Assembly: GCF_039654945.1 (NCBI RefSeq)
Contig: NW_027361696.1
Span: forward strand, 84,196,001 to 84,260,000
Direction of reading: 5' to 3'
Source: Dendrobates tinctorius
Lineage: Eukaryota
DNA length: 64,000 bases
Below the pieces are notes generated by a model that worked only from the letters and a program-made list of their open reading frames with translations, was not told the origin of the DNA and ran no database searches. This document shows positions 11,802-24,196 of the stretch, piece by piece. Numbering within the stretch: position 1 is the stretch's first letter; the number at the start of each line of letters is the position of its first letter. A program made the translations under genes and the position numbers.

Positions 11802-13850
11802 CATGTCCAGAAAGGCTAAGACACACACGTTTCTGTACGCTGCGTGCACCTCCTGTCGGTCCGCCTTCCCAAATGCACAAAGCAAGCAAATCTGTGAAGC
11901 CTGCGATTCCGAACATGCCCAGGAGCCCTCCCCTGCGACCGAGCCCAGTGTACCTAGACCCCCGTAATGGGCTCTGTCTCTGTCGCAGTCCATGGCATCG
12001 CTTACGAGACCAATCAAGTCCCTTCGAGCCCCAGATAGGGGCAGGGATGGATAGCGGCTCGCCTGTCTTAGAGAGGTCCTCCACCTCACAGAAGCCTCCG
12101 GCCTGCAGGGACCGCTCTCACACTAGGCAGACGCAGGGGAAACGAACCGACACAGCGTCTCCCGGTCTGTCCGGTGCCTCGGCATCCATGAGCTCTGCCT
12201 CTTGCTCGCTCTCGCTAAAAGTCGATAAAGAGCAAAGCTCAGATTACAACGCCGACAAGCCCCTTAGTTACTCCAGGTTACCAGGAAACAGTGGAAAGCC
12301 TTATCGAGGCCGTCAACCAGACCCTGGGGATTGACAATGAATCCACCCTGGCCTCAGGGCACAAGGTGTCATTTAAGCGGGTCAAGCGGCCTCATATACT
12401 TTAGAATATTTTCCACTCACCCAGAGTTTGACGACATAGTACAATGACAAAGGGAACGGCCAGACAAGCGTTTCTTAGGCCAGAAAGCGCTCGAGGCGAG
12501 ATACCCGTTTGCCCTTGATCTCCGTAAAAAGTGGGCGGAATCCCCGACGGTAGATCCACCCGTGTCGCGCTTGGCCTCTAAGATCCTGTTGTCCATACCT
12601 TTGTGTTGGCAGCAGACTATTTGATTAATGCATCCTTGGATGCGGCTAGCTGCGCAGCACTCGCTGCCGCAAATGCAATTTCTATTAGGAGGGCTCTGTG
12701 GTTGAGGACTTGGCGTGCAGATTCAACCTCCAAGAAGTCTTTAACTTTGTAATGTCACGTGTGACTGGATACACCGCCTCCAGCAGGGCGAATTTCTATA
12801 ACACCCGTGAACCTGGATACACCGCCTCCAGCAGGGAGAATTTAAACAGAGTTAAGGGAAACACCGGGGAAACCGTTACAATGGAGGGCCCTGCGATAGG
12901 GAACGGGGACGTGGAGACCTCCTGCACTCCCCTGAGTCAGTGTCCCTACACTCCTGATGATCCCAAGGCAGGTTCCGCACCTAGCGACGAGCTGGATACC
13001 TCAAATCCCTAGCTCGCCCTGCACCTATCCCTTTCTAGTGAATTGGACGGTGCAGAAACTAATCCCGCCACTGCACTAATACACACAAGGAAAGTAACAA
13101 ACAGGGAAAACCACCACTTAGCTTTGCTCTGTTGCTATTGCTCCCAGCAACAGAGTACAACACCAAAGTTCAGCTTCACCCCTGAAGCTCGACACCTGAA
13201 TTCAGTTTCCGCCTGAAGCTATTAAACCAGAGCTCCCCTGAGCTGCCAGGAACTCCTCTCTGTAGTTGTTTCCTTCACCAGACTTGGTTGGAAATGAGCA
13301 ATAAACACCAACAGTGAGTGAGACCACCTGCTACTCCTTTATTGGTAGGAGCCAGGGAATCACACCTGCTTCATAATCACGTGCTATAACACTAGCGGCC
13401 ACCGGGGGCAACTAAACTAAAGTAACCAGAGTGCAATGACCCTAACGGCCACCGGGGGGCAAAACTAACTTTAAGCCAACAGCTTAAAGGAAAAAAAAGG
13501 TTACTTGTGCAAAATCTGTCATAATCCAAACTGGATCATGACAAACTTCTTTATATTACCAGAGCGGCCGCCTATTCGGTGAGAAGCTAGACCAGCTTAT
13601 CTCCACAGGGGGCAAGAGCAGTTTTCTCCCTCAGCAAAGGGTTAACCAGCCTTTTTGTCACCAGCTTCAGACACGGTTACGGTCCTTTCGCCACCCCGGG
13701 TGGGCTGCAGCAAAAAACCCCACCGTTTCAGGTCGTCCCAACCAGGACAGGGATCGTCAAGTCTCATATAGAGCCAACCCATTGGGAAGAATGCGATCCC
13801 AACAGCCCAGATTGAGGGGACCTAGGTCCCAAAGATCTTCAGCCAAATTA
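11802..13850 (+). pseudogene. DIRS gag remnant (frameshifted, interrupted by a solo LTR)
   Basis: ATG at 11802 followed by CxxC...CxxC (CTSC, CEAC). Later P.VDPPVSRLA segment. Multiple stops. Confidence 0.65.
12748..13543. mobile_element. Solo LTR (796 bp) inserted in DIRS gag
   Basis: TGTAATG...CATGACA termini. 5-bp TSD AACTT at 12743-12747 and 13544-13548. Confidence 0.85.
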
Positions 13851-13899
13851 CTCGAGGCAAGTTGCGGGCAACACCAGCAGTGTAGGCGGTCGCCTACTC

Positions 13900-15700
13900 T
13901 GGTTTCGCCATGTCTGGCTCTCCGTCGTACACGACACATGGATAAGAGAGCTGGTGTCCTCGGGGTACAAGTTAGACTTTGTCAAGCACCCCTCAAGCCG
14001 TTTTTTTTCTTTCTCGTCCTCCCAAAATGGAAACACTGGCACAGGCCTTGTTCAAGGCCATCGAGTTGCTCCGGCAAAACGGTGTTATTCCCGTATCGGA
14101 AAACAAAATATTTCAGGGTTTCTATTCCAACCTGTTCACGGTCCCCAAAAAGGACGGGACTGTCAGGCCCATTCTGGACCTAAAGCTTCTGAACAGATTT
14201 GTCATGGTCAGACATTTCCGGATGGAGTCTGTCCGCTCGGTCATATCTGCCATAGGACGGGGAGAATATTTGGCCTCTATCGACATCCAAGACGCGTACC
14301 TGCACATCCCCATTTTCCCTCCACATCAGAAATTTTACGCTTCACTATCAACGGCCTACACATTCAGTTCGCAGCCCTGCCCTTCATGCTAGCTACCACC
14401 CCCAGAGTGTTCACAAAGGTCATGGCGGTTGTCATGGCCACCCTGCACTCCGGGGACATAGTCGTCTTGCCTTACTCAGACGATCTCTTGGTCAAGGGCC
14501 CTTCATATCGAGCATGCGAGGAGAGCGTCAACATCACGCTACTCTTTCCCGCTTAGGCTGGTTGGTCAACCTGAAGAAATCATCTCGTTCCAGTTCAGAG
14601 GATTTCCTTTTTAGGGATGATCTTCGACACCTCCTGAGGGTTGGTAATTCTCCCTTGGGACAAGGCCCTAGCTCTCCAGCAGGGAGTCCAGGTACTTCGC
14701 CAACCAGTCCCTCATACCATTCGTTTTTGCATGTGGGTCTTAGGGAAAATGGTGGCAGCAATGGAAGCAAATCCATTTGCCCAACTCCATCTTCGCCCCC
14801 TTGGCATCGTGGAACCAGAACCCATTTACACTCGACCACCGGTGCCGGTTGTCCGCACAGGTCAGACAGGCACTCGGGTGGTGGACAATCAGTTCCTCCC
14901 TTCTTCAGGGGAATCCTTTTCCCCCGGACCATTGGTTGGTGGTCACAACCGACGCTAGTCTCCTCGGCTGAGGAGCAGTTTTTCGCCATCACACGACCCA
15001 GGGACGTTGGTCGCCGCAGGAGGCATGTCTCCCGATCAACTTGTTAGAGATACGAGCGATCCGGCTGACTCTGCAACATTTTCATCATCTTCTAGCTGTC
15101 CGGATTCAATCGGACAACGCCACGGCCGTGGCTTACATAAATCATAAGGGGGGCACCCGCAGCAGGGCAGCCATGCACGAGGTGGGGCATGTCCTTCACT
15201 GGGCCGAGAGAAACCACTTGGTGATATTGGCTGTCCACATCCCGGGCGTAGAGAACTGGGCGGCAGACTTCGTCAGCCGGCAGGGTCCTGCGTCTGGGGA
15301 ATGGTCACTACACCCCGAGGTCTTCGGGAAAATTTGCCAACGTTGGGGAGGCCTAATGGCCTCCAGTGTGAACGCCAAAGTGCCCGCATTTGTCGCTCGG
15401 TCCCGGGACCCGCAGGCAATCGCCGTGGATGCGTTGGTTCTGCCATGGAACCAGTTTCACCTCCCATACCTATTTCCACCGCTGCCACTACTTCCGAGGG
15501 TCATCAGAAAATCAAGGCAGAAGGGGTTCCAGTGATTCTGCTGGCCCTAGATTGGCTTTGTCAGGCGTGGTACGCAGACCTGATGCAGCTACTCACCTAT
15601 GTTCCCTGGCGGCTGCCAGAGCATCCCGACCTACTTTCCTAGGGACCGATCTACCACCCCAACTCAGGGGCCCTGTGTTTGACAGCTTAGCTGTTGAATC
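13900..15700 (+). pseudogene. DIRS pol remnant: reverse transcriptase, RNase H and DNA N6-adenine methyltransferase-like domain
   Basis: FYSNLFTVPKKDGTVRPILDLK, SIDIQDAYLHIP, LPF...PRVFTK, PYSDD, TTDAS, LEIRA, QSDNATAVAYIN, NWAADFVSR and YLFPP motifs spread over shifting frames. Confidence 0.92.
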
Positions 15701-16700
15701 TTGGGTTCTGACCCAGGCTGGGTTTGGACGCAAGGTGGTTGCTACAATGGTTCGCGCCCGGAAGCCCGCTTCAGCAAGTATTTACCACCACACCTAGAAG
15801 GTTTTCTTCACATGGTGTCAGGACCACGGTTGTTCTCCACTGAGATTCTCTATTCCCAACATCTTAGCCTTTCACTAGTCTGGCTTAGACTCAGGTTTAG
15901 CTCCAAGTTCCCTCAGGAGACAGATATCGGCCTTATCCGTCCTGTTCCAGCGCAGGATTGCTTCCAATCTTCATCCAGGGGGTCTCACACTTGGTACCCC
16001 CCTATAGGACCCCTCTGGATGCCTGGGACCTTAACCTGGTCCTAGGTGTTCTCCAGGAAGCTCCATTGGAACCACTACAAGATGTTTCTTTGACATACCT
16101 TTCCTGGCGGGTGGTGTTCCTCGTGGCGATAACATCAATTAGGCGGGTCTCGGAGCTGGCAGCTCTGTCTTGCCGAACTCCGTTCCTGATATTTCACAAT
16201 GATAAGGTGGTTCTCAGGCCCCCTTTTCTGCCAAAGGTCGTTTCCTCATTTCACATTAATGAGGACATTGTCTTGCCCTCCTTTTGCCCGGTACCGGTAC
16301 ACCGTGTGGAAATGGGTCTTCATACGTTGGATCTGGTGAGAGCTCTCAGGAGGTACGTGTCACGGATGGCATCCTTTCGTCAGACAGATATACTGTTCGT
16401 GCTCCCCGAGGGTCGCAGGAAGGGACTTGCTGCCTCAAGATCGACCATAGGCAGGTGGATTCGGCTGACGATTCAGGAATTCTACTGCAACAGAGACACA
16501 GCTATTCCAGAGGGGATCAGAGCACACTCAACTTGAGCAGTGGGTGCCTTTTGGGCTGTTCAGCACCACGCCTCATCGAAGTAGGTATGCAAGGCGGCAA
16601 CCTGGTCCAGCCTGCACACATTCTCCAAACATTACAATGTCCATACTCAGGCTTAGGCAGATGCAAGCCTGGGTAGAAGGATTCTCTAAGCAGTGGTGGC
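15700..16700 (+). pseudogene. DIRS tyrosine recombinase remnant
   Basis: RRVSEL, LDLVRALRRY, RAHST* (Arg codon mutated to TGA) and KAATWSSLHTFSKHY with the catalytic Tyr. Confidence 0.92.
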
Positions 16701-17944
16701 GCACGTTTAAACAGGAGGTGAGTGTAGCTTTGACTGGTGAGTCGACTTCCCACTCAGGGACTGCTTTAGGACGTCCCACAGTCCTGTGTCCCCCAATGAG
16801 GCGAAGGAGAAACAGGGATTTTTGTGATACTCAACGTAAAATCCTTTTCTCCGAGACGCTCATTGGGGGACACAGCACCAACCCTGTTAACCAATTGGCT
16901 CTTTTTGCTTTGTTTATTAATTTGTAGTTATGATACTAGGTGGGTTTTCTAGACATGTTGTTACCTGCATTAAGGTTGATTTTGTCTTTTTGTGATCTCC
17001 TACTGCTTTTGCACCAAACTGGTTTCGCCTGCAATCGAGGCGAGGGTGTATTATACTGCGGAGGAGGAGCTAATCTTTTTATCATTTACTTAGTGTCAGC
17101 CTCCTGGCGGTAGTAGCATACACCCACAGTCCTGTGTCCCCCAATGAGCGTCTCGGAGAAAAGGATTTTACGGTGAGTATCACAGTACTATTACAGTTTT
17201 TGGTGTTTTTTAGCCATTGCTGATGTGTAGGAAAGTCACCGCCAGGTAGAGCCGAACTGAAAGTGTAGAACATTCTGTATTTCCTGTCTCCTAAACAATG
17301 ATAGCGTTCAAGTTATGGCGAGACCTCCCAGATTAGGGCAAGGAAATCATCTTCAGTGCTAGGGAAAGAAAAAAGATAGGAGAGCTGGCTGGACATTCCT
17401 AAGCTTCAGCTAAGGAGCTGGAGGGGGAGAGGAAGCAGGAGCCGCTCTCCATGGATGCTGCCATATAGTTGATTGACACATCGGATAAGCGTGCAGCTCT
17501 GCACAGGTATCATCCATCTACATAGCAGCCTATACGGAGAGCAGCTCCTTCTACCTTTTCTCCTCCTCGTCCGATTTATACTTTCACCCCATGTGAATTC
17601 TGCTTTTCGTCCCTCCTTTGAGCAGCAATACTGTATCCCTGCCTCCTCCATGAATCAGCTCCATGCTGCTAAACCCATGTCCCCCAAGCACACCATTCCT
17701 CTACATCCTCTCCCCACCCAGCCAGAAGCAACCCTCCACTACTCCCAGATACATATATCTATCATATACAGTATACACATACATATATATTTATAAGGAA
17801 AGACAAGTAAAACCACTTTTAATTAAAACAAAAAAGGCAAACTGTCTATAGAAGTAAACGTAAAACCACAATGCTCATCATGGATATTGTATGTACACAG
17901 ACATACCATACCAGATGGGTACAGGACTATAATACATGACAAAC

Positions 17945-18908
17945 TGTTAGGCGTCGGATTCCGGTCGCTGCACAGCAGGAATCCCGAGCCTTGCATTCGG
18001 CTGTCTCCCATTCCTCTCCGGCCGCAGAGGAGGCTGCTCAGCAGATTTGTCAATCCAGGTGCTCTGCTCAGACCAGCTGTGCAGGTTTAGTTGCTGCTGC
18101 CACCTCTGGTCCAGCTATAGCAATGCAGGCTGGCCAGCAGCGAGCTACTCCAGGGACTAAGTCCTCCTTTCGGTCCACTGAGCATGCCCGTGGGACAATC
18201 TCTCATTGGAGATCGAAGGTCACATGCTCAAGTCCTTCTCCAGCTCGGATTGGACCATCAGAAAGGTCAGGAAGGTCCCGGAAGGACGCGGCTATAAAAG
18301 GTTCGCATGGCCGCTCGGCCATGCACTAGTATAGACTGCATTATCAGACTATGAGGAGTGAGTGTCGTATCATGTATGAATGTCTCTGGTGAATGACTCA
18401 TTAAGAAACCCCTACTCTTGGTACGCATGTGTTGTGCAGCCTAGCCTGTTAAGCGCCCAGGCTTAGGTGTAGGTAGGACAGAGTCTGAGACATACATCAG
18501 TGTCCACCTGTGGCTTGGCACGCCATCGTGCACGTGATCAACACTCCATAGTCAGCGTCTATAGTGGCATATGCAGGTGCGACGCCGCGCGCTCAGGAGG
18601 TCTACAGGGACTCTGACCCCGTGTCCTTGGGGCAGAGTTCTGTGACCACATTCTGAGCGCCCCCTTGCCAAGCTCTGTGAGTGCTAACAGACTCCGGAAT
18701 TTAAGTTTCGCGGTACTGCGGCTCTGTGACGTAACAGAGACCGCTCCTGTTCACACCGGGTGACGTTAACCCGCGTATGTCCTTTGTATACCGCTATATA
18801 CATCCGCCATTGTTAAGCAGCAGTTTACCACCTCTGCACGGTGGACCCCGGGCTGCGATCGCACCTACTATCATTATATTATTTGGTGCGTTCTGCCAGC
18901 CCGTAACA
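17945..18908 (+). mobile_element. Solo LTR (964 bp)
   Basis: TGTTA...TAACA termini, flanking duplication ACAAAC on both sides, internal TATAAAA at about 18293. Confidence 0.85.
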
Positions 18909-20611
18909 ACAAACATTGTTTCCCTCTATAATCATGTGACATGTATAAAGAGTCCATCGCGTTTTGCCAATGTTATACGTGTCTTAATACTAGGTAACAT
19001 TGTATTACGGTACTATTGTAATGCCCCATGACCATTGCACACAGCATCTACTGCTTGAAAACAATTTCATCCAATATATTTTTAACATCATTTGTCATCA
19101 TTCTTGGTGCGTTAGGTCATCGTACTGAGGGTGTTTTCTTGGTTCCCTTAAAAACCTGTGCTAAATCGAGAGAAACGAATTGGAACCCTTTATGCTTTAT
19201 AAATATTTTTCCCCTCTACAATCATTTGGCAAATGTTCTACCAAATATTTTGGTACTCCATCCATCACGTATGATGCAACTGTATGCATACATTAATCCA
19301 CGTAGCACATTGCTGTTTTACGTATACTTCTATGTCTTTATTTTTTTCACAAAAAGTGAAGTCTTTTTGACAGGTTACCTATTCTTTATGGAATTTCTAT
19401 AAAATAAGTAGGACATGTATAAAGTAATAACGGATTAGCACCTTATGAGAATGTGCCAGGCACGGTATTCTGGTTGTCAGGGCTGTGGCACAGCCTCTGC
19501 CCCATGGCTGATCGTTCGGGCACACTAGCCTCATACTGTCCATTATATGTCTACTGTCCGCTGATCATCAGTTAGTAAGTGCTTGAAACTTTCTAAGGCA
19601 ACACTTTCCTCTGCCTGAGGCAACACAGGAGGAATTGTTTCTGTCACATCTAGAGTCCTCTGTGCTCATCATAAATCAACTCAGTGACTTAGGAGCTCCA
19701 GTGGCTGCTGAGCTTACATGTCACTGACTTAATTTCTGAAGAACTACAAAAACTGGTGATGGCAGAAACAATCACTCCTGTGGTAAAACAGGCAGGGAAA
19801 TTTTTTACCTCAGAAAGTGGCCACCTTGAGCCTTTGTGGTCATGTCTGTATACTTACTTATCAAAACTGACTTGTACTTTCACCCCTGGCCAGGAGCTGT
19901 GGTATATGCTGACCATGAACTGGAGTAGCTCTGCACGGTCACACACAGCCACAGCACCGTACAAAGCAGGGTCACATTTAAGAGATTATCTCAGCAAAGG
20001 AACATTTTTTAACATCTAATTGTGGAACATATATTTATTCCAAGATATTATTAATTAAGATATACTTTGTTCGTGGGACAAGCCCTTTAAAGAGGTTTTT
20101 TAAATTTCCTGCAGCAGCTTTACAAGCGCATCTCAAAGATGTATGGATTGCGGCTTAGCAACACATGATCTTATGTACAAAGGTGAAATGGCTGGAGATC
20201 CACATTCCTGTAGAGATCTGGCTGTATCAGCATATCGCTAGTCAAGGTCCACCAATACACAGTGATACAGCAAAATAAGAGTGATTGATCCCTGACTATC
20301 TGTTGTTTTTTGCGTTATGGGGAAGAAAAATATGGGACGGCAAGAATTAGGACACTACCAAAATGGCACCACTAAGGCACATTCAGAAGTGCAAGCGAAT
20401 GAGGTTTTCCAATTCCCATTTATATGATGCAAATTTGAAGGCTTGCTGCAGAGTTTCGAAGCCTCTTCATGATTATTAGTACAGCAAACAAGATGCAAAG
20501 CAGAAGATCTGCTGCAAATTTGTATAGATTTTCCTGCATCTAAACTAAAGCTAATGCAAAACTTGCCAAAAAAGCAAATCCATAAGAGAATGCACGGTCA
20601 TTAATACTTAC

Positions 20612-20722
20612 AGGTAGACAAGCTCGGTGTCCCGTCCGATGCATCCTCTCCATGTTCATCATGGGTCGGAAAAGGCGAACCTGATTGTCCTCACCTCTGT
20701 AGGCTTTCATGCCCTCAAAGAG
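20612..20722 (-). CDS. BCAT2: BCAT2 exon ([37 protein letters not shown])
   Basis: LFEGMKAY and RLFRP motifs. ctgcag| acceptor, CCT|GTAAGT donor, 111 nt. Confidence 0.97.
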
Positions 20723-21309
20723 CTGCAGAAAGACAGAGGAACACGTCACTAAATATATACCCCACTATACCCTGTGGCATACATGCTACATTGCAAGTCA
20801 TAGCCAAAAAGGATATATATAGTACATCTCCGGGAACTAATTGCAAATCCACATATAGCCAATTTGCTCACACTCCAAAATACTACTAGTGTGGGATCAA
20901 GATGTGAAAAGCTCAAGGTTTCATCAAATATGGCATCTTTAGTGACAATCAAGGGTCATATATAATGAAATACACCTCCCAATGTACCTCTAAAAAGTAC
21001 TCATGGACCAGAGCAGAATAATTGCTTCCTTGCAGGGTGATGTGACATCATATGAAAATTTGGAGTAAGGATCTTCTCATAAAAAGGATCTCTCCACCAT
21101 CTCCATCAATGCAAGTCATAAATAATCTGTTATATGCTGAAAACAATGCCAGGTCTGACCCAATGCCAATTTTCCAACTACGAAAGCGGAGGAAATCAAC
21201 AAATGGGTCAGAAATCACCCCTACTTCTACAACAAACTTTTAAATAAAAAATACACAGCTTTTTCTGGAAGGCGATAGTAAAGCAATGACTTTGATCCCT
21301 ACACCTTAC

Positions 21310-21510
21310 CTCCACTGAATAATGCAGTGCAGAAGACGCAGGGTGAAGGGAAAGATTTTGGAAGGGCTTTATGAGAGGCTTTCCCCAGCCGTTCTCGTTG
21401 GTCCACTCTATGGTCAACATATGGTCGGTGAATGTTTTCCCAAACACCAACTCGGATACAGCCGGCTTCTTTTTAGGCTGTTTGTTCAATTCTACTTGGA
21501 GGTCTGTGGA
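21310..21510 (-). CDS. BCAT2: BCAT2 exon ([32 protein letters not shown]...[12 protein letters not shown])
   Basis: [12 protein letters not shown] and [16 protein letters not shown] are BCAT motifs. cttcag| acceptor, GAG|GTAAGG donor, 201 nt. Confidence 0.97.
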
Positions 21511-21672
21511 CTGAAGTACAAAGAAGACGATGAAATATATTTAAAAAAAAAGTACAAAAAAAAAAGTATAACAGTACTGACACGAAGACAACTGTGCAGG
21601 TTCTCCCCAAATGCACAATTTCTTCATGCAAGCTGCAAGACACGGGTGCCATTTAGGTCCATGCATTGTTCC

Positions 21673-21978
21673 TCAGTGATAAGCGACCAAGCTGGACTAA
21701 AGTGTTATCCGAGTATGGTTGGATAATAACAGAATGTCTTCGGCGTTGTCGAATACTATGTCCGAGTCCCCGCAGCTGCACGTCTCCTAGACAGCCTCAA
21801 CACATGCAGGGATTGTCTGTTTGTTAGGCAATCCTCCCTGCATGGGTTGTGCCTGTCGAAAAGCTGTGAGACATGCAGCCGCCGAGACTCGAACATATTT
21901 TTTTGAGCACGCCGAAGACACTCGGTTAGTACCCGAGCATGTGATAACACCTTATCCCAGCATGTTCCCTCACCACTG
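21673..21978. mobile_element. Short hAT-like MITE immediately next to a BCAT2 donor site
   Basis: CAGTGATAAGCGA...TCCCTCACCACTG degenerate inverted ends and a largely palindromic interior. Confidence 0.5.
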
Positions 21979-21986
21979 CTCCTTAC

Positions 21987-22064
21987 CTTAAACGTTGTGC
22001 TTGCAGCTCTCCATGAGATAATAGGCCAGCGGCGCTGAGCTGACATTAATTGTCTGCCAAAAAC
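21987..22064 (-). CDS. BCAT2: BCAT2 exon encoding the mitochondrial presequence (VFGRQLMSAQRRWPIISWRAASTTFK)
   Basis: ctttag| acceptor, AAG|GTAAGG donor, 78 nt, phase 0. The peptide is Arg-rich with no acidic residues and ends in FK, as in BCAT2. Confidence 0.9.
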
Positions 22065-23103
22065 CTAAAGAATAAAACAAAAAATGAGATGTAAGGAAAT
22101 AAAAGGACAAATATGGACTAATTCAGGCACCCATTTTTCACCAGGTTCACATCAAAGCTCAACTTGAGTTTGAAAATATTATTTTTCTCGAAAAACAAAA
22201 TAAAAAAAGTTTATCTTCTCCTATACCTAACCTGTGTTAACAAACCCTAAGGCCACATTCAAATGTCAGATTTTTTTCACGTACAAGAAAATCGGACCAA
22301 TTATTCTGACCAGTTTGATCATAGTGTGGTATGAGTGTCATCCAATTTTCATGTACGCGGAGAAATTCTCAATTCTGGGAGTCTGTGAAAATCGATGTCA
22401 TCCCAGTGCGGTCCGATTTTTTCACGGAGCCATTAACTTGCATTGCCGATTTTGATCTGACCTTCAAATCAAAACAGATAGGTCTTCGATATTTGCCACG
22501 GACCACTTGTTCCGAAGAAAAAGAAAATATCGGACATGTGAATGGTCCCATAGAATATCATGGGTATGAGTGTTAATCGTGAAAAACACGGAAAGCAGTT
22601 GAAGTAAGTTCATGCTGTGAATGGGAGTCTCACCAACACCACCATACACATAAGGCCCCAATAAAGATTAGATGAAAGTCGACTGAGCAGGCACATTTTG
22701 TCAGGACCGGCTGAGTACCTGACATGTATAGGGGCCCCTCCGACTCTGTACATTGGAATTTCAACAGTATTTAGGAGAGATGCACTGCTGCTGGAGTCTA
22801 GCAGAAAATTTCTCTTTGTGGAATACACAGGAACGCTCACATGAATGGGGAAATCGGCAGAGATAGCCGTCAGCAGAATCAAATAGCCATCTCATATTAA
22901 TGACCATTATACTCACTCAAACCAGCCATAGATATCAGATTACCCCGGGTGAGAAATAGCGGATGCCGGATGTAGGAGGACACAAGACGTTTCAAAAAAA
23001 CAATGGTTTAAGCAGTGACTGAAATTTTGTAACACAGATAACTTTTACGGATAATATTTGTCAGGTGGTGACTAAAACAAATTGTCAATTTTAATCAACT
23101 TAA

Positions 23104-24196
23104 AGGGTTTTTTCCCAACTCACAATATGGTCTTATAGTAATGTACACATATTTATTAATTTATGCCAATAAAACTCATTTTTAAACCTGACCTGTTTTG
23201 CACATATCATCCAAAAATTGCTCCTCCGTGCTCTATTTACCCTCCAGGTGCAATTACAACCATCCTGCTGAAGTGCCAGTGCTCCTGGTCCATCTTGCTC
23301 AATGCAATGTCTATCCCCGACTTCCAACCAGCACAGCTCTGCCACAACCTCAGACACAGTAATATACTTCTATGCATGCTCTGCTCCCGTACAGGACCCT
23401 TCCTGACCAATTATGTCTTCTACTATCTACATCAATATAGCAGTTGTGTGGTTTTACATAATTGTTGCCCGATGTGTAGCAGAGCTCAACTCTGCTGCAC
23501 TCCTCCACAATGGAGCTTGTAATCACTAAGCAATGCACAACACAGCAGTGTTTTGTTGTCTGAAAATGCTGCTTTGTTGATGCATACAGCAAAGAATAAT
23601 CTTCTGCCATATGCATCAACAGAGCAGCATTTGCAGTTTCACATCACAGATCTGCTCAAAAGATAGGCGTATGGATGGATACCCAACAGGAATAGACACT
23701 GAGGATAGTGAAAATGAAGTATAATGTTTTGTTTATATTTATTGCCTCCTTTCTGCATACCTAGATTGAGGGCCAAGGCCACCGGCAGCAGCTTCTTCCA
23801 GGCACGTTCTACCCATGCTGATGTTGCGCCCATTGTAGTACAACCTCCGAAAGGGAGCAGGTTTATTTTTTCGTGTTTATACCCTATGTGCACCATTTTG
23901 CGCTTTCTCCACAAGCTTTCTAACATCACAGATCTGTCAGCAGCAATCTGCATACAAGATAGAGAGGGAGGGGAATGCAGCACTAAGGAGAAGCAAGTGC
24001 TGCTGGGAAATATAGTTTCAGCAGATAAGAATAGGACCACTCTTTCTGCTATGTGAAGCTGAGGGACAGATAGAGATGAAACGAAGACACTAAGTAACAC
24101 AAAAGAAACTTTATGTTGGGCTTAGTCTATATATTACCAATGAGTATGTTTTTTCTGGGCTTTGTGAAAAATAGCGTGTTTGTGGAAATAACCTTT
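23104..24196. mobile_element. Old Kolobok/T2-type MITE
   Basis: TTAA-AGGGTTTTTTCCCA start and TGGAAATAACCTTTTA end. Confidence 0.4.

Larger units (their letters stand above)
10643..17184 (+). mobile_element. DIRS1-type tyrosine-recombinase retrotransposon, full-length but degenerate
   Basis: Inverted terminal repeats at about 10655-10785 and 17017-17148. ICR at 16775-16875 is complementary to both ends. gag, RT, RNase H, methyltransferase and YR remnants are present. Confidence 0.95.

Noticed and set aside
20445-20480. Minus-strand ATGAAGA-GGCTTC-GAAAC as a hammerhead
   Set aside because: Core mismatch and no stem I or III.
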